NCBI GenBank assembly: GCA_949283025.1
Contig: CASDRB010000004.1
Location: 24,522-88,521, forward strand
DNA length: 64,000 nt
Source: an uncultured bacterium
GTDB taxonomy: Bacteria > Bacillota_I > Bacilli_A > RFN20 > CAG-826
Direction of reading: 5' to 3'
Shown here one piece after another: positions 29,201 to 38,003 of this stretch; within the stretch, counting starts at the first letter, position 1; the number at the start of each line of letters is the position of its first letter. The translations under genes and the position numbers were made by a program. The notes beneath the pieces were generated by a model, which made no database searches, was not told the DNA's origin, and saw nothing but the letters and a program-made list of their open reading frames with translations.

Positions 29201-32200
29201 GTGACAATCAATATAATTTCAATGTTTTTATTTATCAAAAATTGCAAGATAATTTTGCTGATTTTAATTATGATTTGACATCTGATCCGTTTTCCTATGA
29301 AACCGGCAATCCTACATATCAAAAAATCATGAATGACTTTGATGTTTACGTTGAACATGGTTCTAGTGGTGATGTTTTCCTTAGCAATACTAGCAAAGAT
29401 ATTTGGGTAAGCGAAGAATGGATGAATAAATTTATCGATTTAGATTTCTCTAAACCTAATGCGATGGATGGTGTTAATTTAGATGAATTTTATTCTAGTG
29501 ACACTATCGGACGAGTTTGTCGAGTTTTAGATGAGATGAACAAGGGATTAGAAGCGGCTAACGAAACAGAAGAACAATATGGCAATATTGCCGATGCTAT
29601 TAATGCCCAAGCCGTTCCAACATCAAATTTAAGAAAAATATTGCTAGCTATGAATGATGCTGATCAATTTAGGATGGTCATTTATCATCTTGTCGATATC
29701 ATTAGAGATTATGATGCATCAAAGTATGGTTTTGACTTGAATAAAATTAATGCTGAATATATGTGTGACGACGGCGAATTTTATAATCATGTTACCACTA
29801 AAGAAGAACGTGAAGTCGAAATTAATTATTTAGTTGATATTTTAGACATTTTCAATAAATTGAATATTAAAGATGAAAATGGTGAATTTGATACTGATAC
29901 ATTGACAAAAGATCCTAACAACATGGTTAGATTGCTGCCAGCAATGGAAATGATGAATGAATCTTGTTTGTTCCATAAGGGTGAATTCGCTATCATGCAT
30001 TTTGATATCGACAATCAACAAGTGATTTCATATTTTGATACGACCGTCTTTCAAGATGTAATTAAAGAATTTGTTATCGACCAGTCGATTGGAAATTTCT
30101 ATTATTTAGCAGATTCTCCAAAAGATATTTATTATGATGATATTTATGTAGATGTGAATAGTAAAGCTGAGCACTTTATACCGATAATATTCCCAAATAT
30201 TGGAGACGAAAATATTTTTGCCAAGGAAAAAGAAGAGATAATTCGCATTGTTGAATTATTGTCATCATTGACTGGCTCTTATCGTAATATCGAGCAAGTC
30301 GACTTAAAAATTAATCCCGATACTGGATTGGAACATGCATATTATGGTGATAGATTAGCTGATGAAAACGATTTATATCAAGGCATTCCATCAAAATCAA
30401 ATCCAGGAACGGTTACAATCAATATTAATGACATGGATTTTGATAATATTGGTTCACAATCAATTCAAGACATTTTAACTAATTTTAATTCTTCTGATTT
30501 ATTGTATGATTGCGCTCCAAATGCTTTAAATACTGTATTTAAAAATCTTGATGTTGGAGCTTTGACAGAAGCTATGCAAAAAGCCGATCCTTTCTATTTG
30601 TATTATATTAATTCTGCTTCCAATCCCAATTTCGAAATAAGATATGTCAATGTAGAAAGAGCGGATCGTGAAGATGCATACGAAATAGAAAATATCGCCA
30701 ATGTAATCGAAAATTATAAAAAATTGCAACGCGAACTTAATGATGCTGGAATTGCTAATTTTGACGAAATATTTACAATTACCGATGATTTGGTTTTAGA
30801 TAAAGTCAATGGTGCGATAGTCGATTTGTTGGTTTCTTTTAAAAACACGTACACATTGCATAAAGGCACAGCTGTCATGAATGGGGCATATTTAGTTAAT
30901 CAATCGACAATAAATCGAAATTTAAGTGCATTTGAAACATTAATAAAATCGTTATATATTCGTACTGGCTTAATGGAATTAGCTAAATTACCTGCTTCAT
31001 TGAGCGCTGATAGCCAACTAACTGCCAAAATTAAATTGTTGACGCAACAAGACGTTAATTTCAATGCTGGAATCAATGATGTTAATTATATTGGATATTC
31101 TAAACAATGGAACGACGAGATTGAAGCATTCTTTGATTTTGTTTTTGATATCAATAAGTTTATTACCAGCGGAGAACTTGATTCTTTTGAATTTGATTTA
31201 AATTCTCCAAATGCTTCTCCTGAAAGTATCAGCAACATATTATATCGCATCAATAAATTGGATTTAGCAGAGGGAGCTTTGCCTAATTTATTGAAAAAAA
31301 CTTTCACCCAATTTGGTTTATCGCAATTTTCTAGTTATGGTAATGATGAAAACGCAGATAAGGCTAACTATTATTTATCTCAACATGAATATGGCGGAGA
31401 CAATAATGATGGTGGGGAAATTGATAATATCTATAATTTGTTAAATGAAATGCAAATCAAGGACGATCAAAGCCAATTCGGTGGCTATGTTAAAATTGAA
31501 GGCGCTGATGGCGATGCGATTAAACAATTTGTTGAAGAAAATGGTAAATCTAGCAAAATTTTAACAAATTTTGTCTACAATAGTTTGCTTTACAACGGTG
31601 CATTTGAATTATCAAGCAACATCAATCCAGGAAATATCACATATGTAAATTCTTTATTTTATTATAATATTGCAAGCAAAACTGGAATTGAAAAATATAT
31701 TTTAGGTACGCAAGATGCATCTGATAGTTTAAGTTATAACGATTCACGCATTCGCACAATCAATAAATTATTAAATGATCCAACTATACCATTTAACCCT
31801 GATAATGAAGGCGAATCGTTTGATAATTTAATTACTCATTCAGATTCTTTTACCGGCGGATTTAAAAATGATGACATTGACCAAGTAAAATCAATAAAAG
31901 AAGCCATCGTACTAATTTTAGATTCATTGACAATTACCGAAGAGGATGGTTCGATTACACGAGCCTATGTTGCCTCAGAGATGGTTGCAGGTATTTTGCA
32001 GCCATTGTTACAAATAGAAGTAAAAAATATTGCCACCATTGATGAGCCAAAAATGATTTATCCACGCATGGATAATCAACATCAAATTATTGACAACCCT
32101 TCTTCTAGTATTGATCGTGGTTATTTAAATAAATTATATTCTCAAACATATGATTTGTTAAATGATTATGAAGCTGTTGCTTTAGATGCTATTTTAGATT

Positions 32201-32517
32201 TTTATGATCCAAATGCATCAAATGTTAATGATTATTTGGAGAAATTTAATACATTAGACGATTCATTTAAAAAGATGGTTTACACTGATGTAGACGGCAT
32301 TGAAAAGAATTCTATTATGGCTAGTATTATTTATTGCTCAAGAATTAATCCGATGATTGTTTCGTTTAATAGCAGTTTGCCTCCTTTTGGGCAACAATAC
32401 GCCCTTCCTGAAGCGGATGTAAATGAATTTTTAGATTATGGCCGATCTAATGAAAATCCAGGCATTTCCATTTATGCATACTATCAATCTTTAGTTAGCA
32501 AATTGAATCAAATATGA
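26272..32517 (+). CDS. Giant (2081 aa) membrane-anchored hypothetical protein with about 4 N-terminal TMs and a large acidic, degenerate-repeat domain
   Basis: Long uninterrupted ORF. CvpA-like N-terminal TM block (IIGLFKG...). Recurrent W..E and S.(L/I)(L/F) motifs. Confidence 0.75.
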   Translation: MLFMPNAEQINQILNYSLLGVFIAIIVFFAIALIIGLFKGVFSTTFKLFFILMLVIISFTTLDLIFDAVRKIDLTSLNYYLNLINESTGEAISIRITTIEDTLANAIAGLMYLYNVSSGSSSEISAFAYGFAEMILKYAIVIVDMVLIATLGFFTAWILWHCCFKFLIPKLARKAVKIRWLAMLENGVAYVIVAALFLMPFTSLVNTINQSYQRYGKQSDDSVVSDIGSFIDTYNDSLLAKTFFNWTVDENGTTIDAQLLDSIISTTVGDVETSLIETISNISDIGASVMDAFSSSSNQIFDYGVLLSEGTLKNIFTHLNDTKLFVYLLPIVANLALNSNLLAQYVDTSLLEIDDINWSLELENIERMTLDVINSGVLDNFINENGEFVSNSDTTAIVTSLLDRNSYSYLTRIFESIDNSKLLSRAIPSVLWTVSETYSAINDILPLSWSEMNNYQWGKEFTIIYDCLFRMNQTDPEMVNLILNFDSNQTSQNQSILYQNNESSNNDLMDILIKNVDALKTILIGEFDQSGNLLNCDSNGVTIVYQNGRKLPNRHYSLFDSNIVKNIFPSLANSLIDLLPTSEDVSLDKDAVISVINNLYEGEIIKNFKIEFASILDSFSKIVSNDELLNIIKNPSSIDESFIHNQNTIKSFQEVLPSLDKSKIISAAVRPVLKNMLLNGEIAEQFKNVGIDPETFDLDMPNLGSEIAHLLDAVSCFDLIEDINNSNASSQDIVIKMANNYESIAVILDVVFESQIINPSDDFYGNYDNNFFNILNYIFEGPNGKTNLVKGLIFDEYKVGFYPESHGAGKHNWNNTKAPNGEYFKDGYGRPIFDGENGYIAQVIATLGTKSNDGQTLFEVVSSSDVVSQIGRLEKDFNISGLFKAVDNSSLFSTTFGSFLDETLSSNDLDLINVAEGRTFTQINDWTLEGIKFGRICDSIDQLGVDLNNLDITNIKNIPALNKLLHSLSDSGLFGVGDNQYNFNVFIYQKLQDNFADFNYDLTSDPFSYETGNPTYQKIMNDFDVYVEHGSSGDVFLSNTSKDIWVSEEWMNKFIDLDFSKPNAMDGVNLDEFYSSDTIGRVCRVLDEMNKGLEAANETEEQYGNIADAINAQAVPTSNLRKILLAMNDADQFRMVIYHLVDIIRDYDASKYGFDLNKINAEYMCDDGEFYNHVTTKEEREVEINYLVDILDIFNKLNIKDENGEFDTDTLTKDPNNMVRLLPAMEMMNESCLFHKGEFAIMHFDIDNQQVISYFDTTVFQDVIKEFVIDQSIGNFYYLADSPKDIYYDDIYVDVNSKAEHFIPIIFPNIGDENIFAKEKEEIIRIVELLSSLTGSYRNIEQVDLKINPDTGLEHAYYGDRLADENDLYQGIPSKSNPGTVTININDMDFDNIGSQSIQDILTNFNSSDLLYDCAPNALNTVFKNLDVGALTEAMQKADPFYLYYINSASNPNFEIRYVNVERADREDAYEIENIANVIENYKKLQRELNDAGIANFDEIFTITDDLVLDKVNGAIVDLLVSFKNTYTLHKGTAVMNGAYLVNQSTINRNLSAFETLIKSLYIRTGLMELAKLPASLSADSQLTAKIKLLTQQDVNFNAGINDVNYIGYSKQWNDEIEAFFDFVFDINKFITSGELDSFEFDLNSPNASPESISNILYRINKLDLAEGALPNLLKKTFTQFGLSQFSSYGNDENADKANYYLSQHEYGGDNNDGGEIDNIYNLLNEMQIKDDQSQFGGYVKIEGADGDAIKQFVEENGKSSKILTNFVYNSLLYNGAFELSSNINPGNITYVNSLFYYNIASKTGIEKYILGTQDASDSLSYNDSRIRTINKLLNDPTIPFNPDNEGESFDNLITHSDSFTGGFKNDDIDQVKSIKEAIVLILDSLTITEEDGSITRAYVASEMVAGILQPLLQIEVKNIATIDEPKMIYPRMDNQHQIIDNPSSSIDRGYLNKLYSQTYDLLNDYEAVALDAILDFYDPNASNVNDYLEKFNTLDDSFKKMVYTDVDGIEKNSIMASIIYCSRINPMIVSFNSSLPPFGQQYALPEADVNEFLDYGRSNENPGISIYAYYQSLVSKLNQI

Positions 32518-32885
32518 TTGTTGAAAAAATAGTTAAAAGTGAACTTATAGAAAATAAATCGAAATTTATTTCGATTATTTTTCCTTTGCAAGAGCAAGAA
32601 GAATACAAACAAATTATAAAGCAATTAAAAAAAGATTATAAAGACGCCAAACACATTTGCTTTGCTATGCGTTTTAAATCATATGCAAAATGCGATGATG
32701 ATGGTGAACCAAAAGGCACAGCTGGATACCCAATATTGAAAGTTTTGCAAACAAAGGATTTGGATTGTTGTCTTTTAGTAGTTATTAGATATTTTGGTGG
32801 TGTAAAATTAGGTGCAGGCAGATTATTAAGAACTTATGTTAAATCTGCTGCTGATGTTACAAATTTAATGTTAAAGGCTAATTAA
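32514..32885 (+). CDS. YigZ/IMPACT family protein (N-terminal domain only)
   Basis: KSKFI, A.H.C.A, DDGEP.GTAG.P, V.RYFGG.KLGAG.L.R.Y. Confidence 0.9.
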   Translation: MIVEKIVKSELIENKSKFISIIFPLQEQEEYKQIIKQLKKDYKDAKHICFAMRFKSYAKCDDDGEPKGTAGYPILKVLQTKDLDCCLLVVIRYFGGVKLGAGRLLRTYVKSAADVTNLMLKAN

Positions 32886-32897
32886 GGAGGAGCGCAT

Positions 32898-34169
32898 ATG
32901 TCTGAATTTGAAAATCGAAGACAAAAATTATTTGATTTAATCCCAGAAGGAAGCGTTGTTATTGTTCATTCTGGGGTGAGCAAAATTGCTAGCGAGGATG
33001 AATTTTTCCCTTTTAGAGTAAACAATAACTTCTTTTATTTAACTGGAATTAAACAAGAAAATTCTGTATTGTTCATGGTTAAAAATTTAGGTGTTAAAAA
33101 GACATATTTATTCATAGATGAATACTCAGCGTTGAAAGAAAAATGGACCGGAAAAAGGTTAAGCGTTGAAGAGGCGTCGATGATTTCAGATATAAAAAAT
33201 GTATTGACTAATAATGTCTACGAATCTCAATTGGATTTAGCTATTCAGGATGGTTCAACACATTTTGGAACGATTGAAAAACTTTATATTGATTTATCTG
33301 AAGAATTAAAAATCGGTCCTAATACATCAACTAAAGAGTTTGAAAATAGAATTCATGAATTATATCCTCATATCGAGGTGTTAAATATTAGACCACTGAT
33401 ATGTAATTTGCGAATGGTAAAAAGCAATTATGAAATTGAGTGCATTAAAAACGCTATTAATTTAACTCATCATGGCATCAATCAAATGTTGATGTTGATG
33501 AAAGAGGGAATGAAAGAATATCAACTTGCAAATATTTTCGAATATTACGGAAAAGACAAAGATAAAACGCCACTAGCTTTTGATACGATTGTGGCTGCAG
33601 GAAAAAACGCTACCTGTTTGCATTATCCAAGTCAAATGGATCGTTTAAAAGCAACGGATTTGGTCCTTTTTGATTTAGGATATAGCGTTGATGGATATTC
33701 TGGCGATATTTCAAGAACATATCCAATAAGCGGTAAATTTAACGATTTGCAACGTCAAATTTATTCGGTTGTTCTTTTATGCAATAAAGCTGTTATTGAG
33801 TATGCAAAGCCAGGTTTGACATTGATGGATTTACAAAATTATTGCGTTGATTTTTTTAAAAATGAATTGCTTAGAACATCCCTTTTAAAAGAAGAAGATG
33901 ATATTAAACAAGTTTATTATCATAGCGTCTCGCATCATCTAGGTTTAGACACACATGATATTTCTGATCGAAATCTACCATTGCAACCTGGCAATGTCAT
34001 TACGGTTGAGCCAGGATTATATTTTGCAAAATATGGAATTGGAATTCGAATTGAAGACGACATATTAATCAACGAAAATGGATGCGAAGTTTTATCTCGT
34101 TCAATTAAAAAAGAAATTGATGAAATAGAAGATTTGTTAAGTTCTATAAAATTCAAAACTAGAGGTTAA
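32898..34169 (+). CDS. pepP: Xaa-Pro aminopeptidase (M24B)
   Basis: F.YLTG, LR.VKS..EI, LHY, DISRT, H..SHHLGLDTHD, TVEPGLY, GIRIEDD. Confidence 0.93.
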   Translation: MSEFENRRQKLFDLIPEGSVVIVHSGVSKIASEDEFFPFRVNNNFFYLTGIKQENSVLFMVKNLGVKKTYLFIDEYSALKEKWTGKRLSVEEASMISDIKNVLTNNVYESQLDLAIQDGSTHFGTIEKLYIDLSEELKIGPNTSTKEFENRIHELYPHIEVLNIRPLICNLRMVKSNYEIECIKNAINLTHHGINQMLMLMKEGMKEYQLANIFEYYGKDKDKTPLAFDTIVAAGKNATCLHYPSQMDRLKATDLVLFDLGYSVDGYSGDISRTYPISGKFNDLQRQIYSVVLLCNKAVIEYAKPGLTLMDLQNYCVDFFKNELLRTSLLKEEDDIKQVYYHSVSHHLGLDTHDISDRNLPLQPGNVITVEPGLYFAKYGIGIRIEDDILINENGCEVLSRSIKKEIDEIEDLLSSIKFKTRG

Positions 34170-34170
34170 T

Positions 34171-35649
34171 ATGAATAAATATATCTTAGCTATTGATCAA
34201 GGAACAACATCCACTCGAGCAATATTATTTGATCGAAAATCTATCCCATTGTATAGCGCTCAAAGAGAGGTCAAATGCTATTATCCACATTCAGGATGGG
34301 TTGAATCTGACCCTTTAGAATTGTGGGTTAGTGTTATTGATGTAATCAATGAGATTTTAGTTAAAGCAAATATTACCATGAAAAATATTGATTCTATCGG
34401 AATCACTAATCAACGTGAAACTACTATTGTATGGGACAAAGAAACTGGCATGCCTGTATATCGCGCCATTATATGGCAATCGCGCCAATCTAACGACATT
34501 TGCGAACGTTTAAAAAAATATGAAAAGTTCATTCAATCAAAAACAGGTTTAATTATGAACCCATATTTTTCGGCTTCAAAAATTCGTTTCATTTTAGATC
34601 ATATTCCTAATGGTCAAGAAAGGGCTAGAAAAGGTCAACTAATGTTTGGCACAGTTGATACTTGGATATTATATAAATTAACTAGTGGAGAAGTCTTTGC
34701 CACAGATGTCAGCAATGCTTCTAGAACTTTGTTGTTTAATATTCACACCATGTCTTGGGATAAAGAATTATGCGATTTATTCGACATACCGATGAATATG
34801 TTGCCTATTGTTAGACCTTCGTCGTATCGCTTTGGAAAAGCTTCATTTTTTTCTAGTGAGGTTTATGTTTGTGGAATTGCTGGAGACCAGCAAGCCGCTT
34901 TGTTTGGGCAAACTTGCTTTGAAAAAGGTGAAAGTAAAAATACTTATGGAACAGGATGTTTTATGTTGTTAAATATTGGCGATAAACCAATGATTTCTAC
35001 TAATGGATTATTGACGACTGTCGCTTGGCAAATTAAAGACAAGGTCACTTACGCTTTAGAAGGATCAGTTTTTATTGGCGGTGCTGTTGTACAATGGCTT
35101 AGAGACGAAATGCAATTAATTGAAAAAGCATCTGATTCTGAAAAAATGGCTAATAAAACAGACGATTGCAATGGCGTGTATATTGTACCTGCTTTTGTTG
35201 GATTAGGCACTCCTTATTGGGATAACGATGCTAGAGGAGCGGTTTTTGGTTTGACAAGAGGAACAAATAAGTACCAATTTGTTAGAGCCTCGCTTGAAGC
35301 CATTGCTTATCAATGCAAAGATGTCATTGAAGTGATGAAAAAAGATTCTAATTTGAAAATTAAAACATTGAAAGTTGATGGTGGTGCAACCGCAAATAAT
35401 TATCTAATGCAATTTCAAGCAGATATTTTAAACACCCCCCTTAAATTGCCTAAATGTTTGGAAACTACTGCTTTAGGCGTTGCTTATTTAGCGGGATTAG
35501 AGAGTGGATATTTTAAATCTTTAGACGATATTAGTTCATGTCATGTTCATAAATTAATTTATGAACCAAACATGTCAAAAAATGAAATTGATCGCCGATA
35601 TAATGGATGGAAAAAGGCGGTTGAAGCTACTCAAGTATTCAAGATATAG
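34171..35649 (+). CDS. glpK: Glycerol kinase
   Basis: DQGTTSTR, ITNQRETT, GDQQAALFGQ, KNTYGTGCF, PAFVGLG.PYW. Confidence 0.96.
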   Translation: MNKYILAIDQGTTSTRAILFDRKSIPLYSAQREVKCYYPHSGWVESDPLELWVSVIDVINEILVKANITMKNIDSIGITNQRETTIVWDKETGMPVYRAIIWQSRQSNDICERLKKYEKFIQSKTGLIMNPYFSASKIRFILDHIPNGQERARKGQLMFGTVDTWILYKLTSGEVFATDVSNASRTLLFNIHTMSWDKELCDLFDIPMNMLPIVRPSSYRFGKASFFSSEVYVCGIAGDQQAALFGQTCFEKGESKNTYGTGCFMLLNIGDKPMISTNGLLTTVAWQIKDKVTYALEGSVFIGGAVVQWLRDEMQLIEKASDSEKMANKTDDCNGVYIVPAFVGLGTPYWDNDARGAVFGLTRGTNKYQFVRASLEAIAYQCKDVIEVMKKDSNLKIKTLKVDGGATANNYLMQFQADILNTPLKLPKCLETTALGVAYLAGLESGYFKSLDDISSCHVHKLIYEPNMSKNEIDRRYNGWKKAVEATQVFKI

Positions 35650-35675
35650 ACGGGCTAGCCCGTCTTTACTTTTAA
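35648..35675 (+). terminator. Rho-independent terminator after glpK
   Basis: Perfect palindrome AGACGGGCTAGCCCGTCT followed by a T-rich tract. Confidence 0.8.
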
Positions 35676-35699
35676 TTTGACGTTTGTTAGAATGTTTTT

Positions 35700-38003
35700 A
35701 TGCCAAAATTGATTATTGCGCCATATTTTTTTCATCAAAATTTGATTAGTTTTTATCGTCAAAAAGATCCTTTTAATGATGTTAAATTTTTGACAAAAGA
35801 AGAACTTATAGATTCTTTTTATGGCAAATTCAATGATAAATCTATTGTATTTTTGATGAAAAAGTTTCAACTATCTTATTCAATGTCAAAATCATTATTA
35901 GCATACTTACCTTTCATCAAAAATGATAATTCGAACGCTAAAATTCATTATCTTTTTGAATTAAAAAAGTGTTTAATAGAGAATAATTTTTATAAAAAAG
36001 ATTTTAATTTGTGTCAATTTCTCTCATATCAAAATATCGATATCTATGGCTATAGTAAAATTGATACGACATTAAATGATATTTTTAATTTTTTGCATGT
36101 TACGCCAACATATTGTCATAAGAATGGGCACAAACAAAATAACTTATTTATTTACAACGACGCAGAAGAAGAAGTTCATCATTTGTTTGTCAAAATAATC
36201 GATTCAATAAATTCGGGTGTAAATATAAATGATATATTCATTTATTTAAAAAACGATTCATATATTCCAATTTTATGCCGCTATCAAAATTATTATCATA
36301 TTCCTATCAATGGTTTAATAGGGGAATCAATCTTTGGTTTTGAATACGTAAAAAGATTTTTTAAATACTACGAAAATAAAATCAAAGTAGATGATATTTT
36401 TGAAATGTTAAAAGAATTTGATGAAGATGAGAATTATCTAGTTTTTAAAAACAAAATTTTATCTTTAACAGATGATGAATTAACTTATGCTCAACAATTA
36501 GATGTTTACAATCATTTAGCCAATTTTGATATTGAATCAGAATTATTTGAATCAGGATTAAATTTAATTCATGATAGGCAATTTTTAAAAAATAAACATA
36601 TTTTTGTATTAGGCTTTGCGCAAGGTTTTTTTCCAAGATTGTTCAGCGATGATGAATTCTTATTAGATTATGAGAAAAAAATAATTAATTTCCCAACTAG
36701 CGAACAACAAAATTTAATTAGCAAAGATGAAGAAATAATATTTTTATCTAGTCTAAATGAATTTTCATTTTCATTTTCTTATCGAAATATTCAAGAAAAA
36801 TATTACATTTCTTTTTTAAAAGATGATTTGAATTTGCAAATTCAAAAACCTCTTTTGACATACGATTATAGTTTTGATGCAAGCCAAATATCTTTGCTGA
36901 AAATGAAAGATAAAAAAGCTAAATATCGATACATTAATCCGCTTTTAAATTCTTATGAAAAGCAAGTGGATTTTTCATATAACACATACGATAATGATTT
37001 TAAATTTTTTAAATTGGTTAATAAACAACAAAAATTAACTCATTCTTATTCGAGCTTATCTAAATATTTGGAGTGCCCGTTTGCATATTTTATAAAATAC
37101 TATTTAAAAATTGATGAAGATGAAGAAAATTTTAATTTAAAATTAGGAAATTTTGTTCATAAACTTTTAGAAAAAGCGATTACAGATCCTTTATTGAGTT
37201 ATGATGAATGTTTTCAATTGGCTTTTAATCATCAAATTTGGACTTCTAAGGAAAAAATATTTTTAAATTCGAATTATTTAGGATTGCAAGTGGCTTTTGA
37301 TGCGATTAAAGCTCAACTTGAGCAAATAAAAAATGTGCGAGTAGAGGTTGAAAAAGAATTATCCATTCAGTTAAATCAACATAGTATTTTTTACGGTAAA
37401 ATTGATAAATTGATAGTTGCTGATAACAAGTTTTTAGCACTGATTGATTATAAAACTAGCAATGTAAAATTTACTCCTAATAAAATCAATTTAGGACAAA
37501 GTTTACAATTGCCTTCATATGCGCTTTTGGTCAGCCAACATCATGACTATCAAAATTATATAGTTGGTGGTTTATATATTAACCAAGTTATTCCTGATGA
37601 TATAAACATTCGCATCGATGATATAAACAATTTAACATATTTAAAATTAAAAGGTCGGTCCTTGGAAAATCTTGACTATTGTTTAGCAATGGAACCAAAT
37701 TATTTAAATAAAGACATCAAATTTATCGCTAATATTTTTCCAGCAGGAAAAAGCGCGTTTTCAAAAAAAGGATTTGTTGATGATTCGCAGATGAAATCAT
37801 ACATAGAGCAATGTCGAAAATTTTATTTGGAGGCAGATCAAAAAATTAGAGATAATCAGTTTAATGTCTCGCCAAAAAGATATTCATCTTCAACATCGTG
37901 CCAATATTGTCCTTACAATGATATTTGTTATGTAAAGTATTATCAATTTGTGACCATAGAAGATGAAGAACAAGATGAAGAGGAAGCAAATGATGGCAAT
38001 TAA
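35700..38003 (+). CDS. addB: AddB/RexB-like subunit (PD-(D/E)XK nuclease with Fe-S cysteines)
   Basis: SYS.L..Y..CPF.YF, G...H..LE, GKIDK, IDYK, QL..Y, CQYCPYNDIC. Directly upstream of addA. Confidence 0.8.
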   Translation: MPKLIIAPYFFHQNLISFYRQKDPFNDVKFLTKEELIDSFYGKFNDKSIVFLMKKFQLSYSMSKSLLAYLPFIKNDNSNAKIHYLFELKKCLIENNFYKKDFNLCQFLSYQNIDIYGYSKIDTTLNDIFNFLHVTPTYCHKNGHKQNNLFIYNDAEEEVHHLFVKIIDSINSGVNINDIFIYLKNDSYIPILCRYQNYYHIPINGLIGESIFGFEYVKRFFKYYENKIKVDDIFEMLKEFDEDENYLVFKNKILSLTDDELTYAQQLDVYNHLANFDIESELFESGLNLIHDRQFLKNKHIFVLGFAQGFFPRLFSDDEFLLDYEKKIINFPTSEQQNLISKDEEIIFLSSLNEFSFSFSYRNIQEKYYISFLKDDLNLQIQKPLLTYDYSFDASQISLLKMKDKKAKYRYINPLLNSYEKQVDFSYNTYDNDFKFFKLVNKQQKLTHSYSSLSKYLECPFAYFIKYYLKIDEDEENFNLKLGNFVHKLLEKAITDPLLSYDECFQLAFNHQIWTSKEKIFLNSNYLGLQVAFDAIKAQLEQIKNVRVEVEKELSIQLNQHSIFYGKIDKLIVADNKFLALIDYKTSNVKFTPNKINLGQSLQLPSYALLVSQHHDYQNYIVGGLYINQVIPDDINIRIDDINNLTYLKLKGRSLENLDYCLAMEPNYLNKDIKFIANIFPAGKSAFSKKGFVDDSQMKSYIEQCRKFYLEADQKIRDNQFNVSPKRYSSSTSCQYCPYNDICYVKYYQFVTIEDEEQDEEEANDGN

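Noticed and set aside
35700-38003. PD-(D/E)XK nuclease with Fe-S cysteines as Cas4 or a defence nuclease
   Set aside because: Its size and position before a UvrD-type helicase-nuclease fit AddB. No cas genes or CRISPR array are seen.
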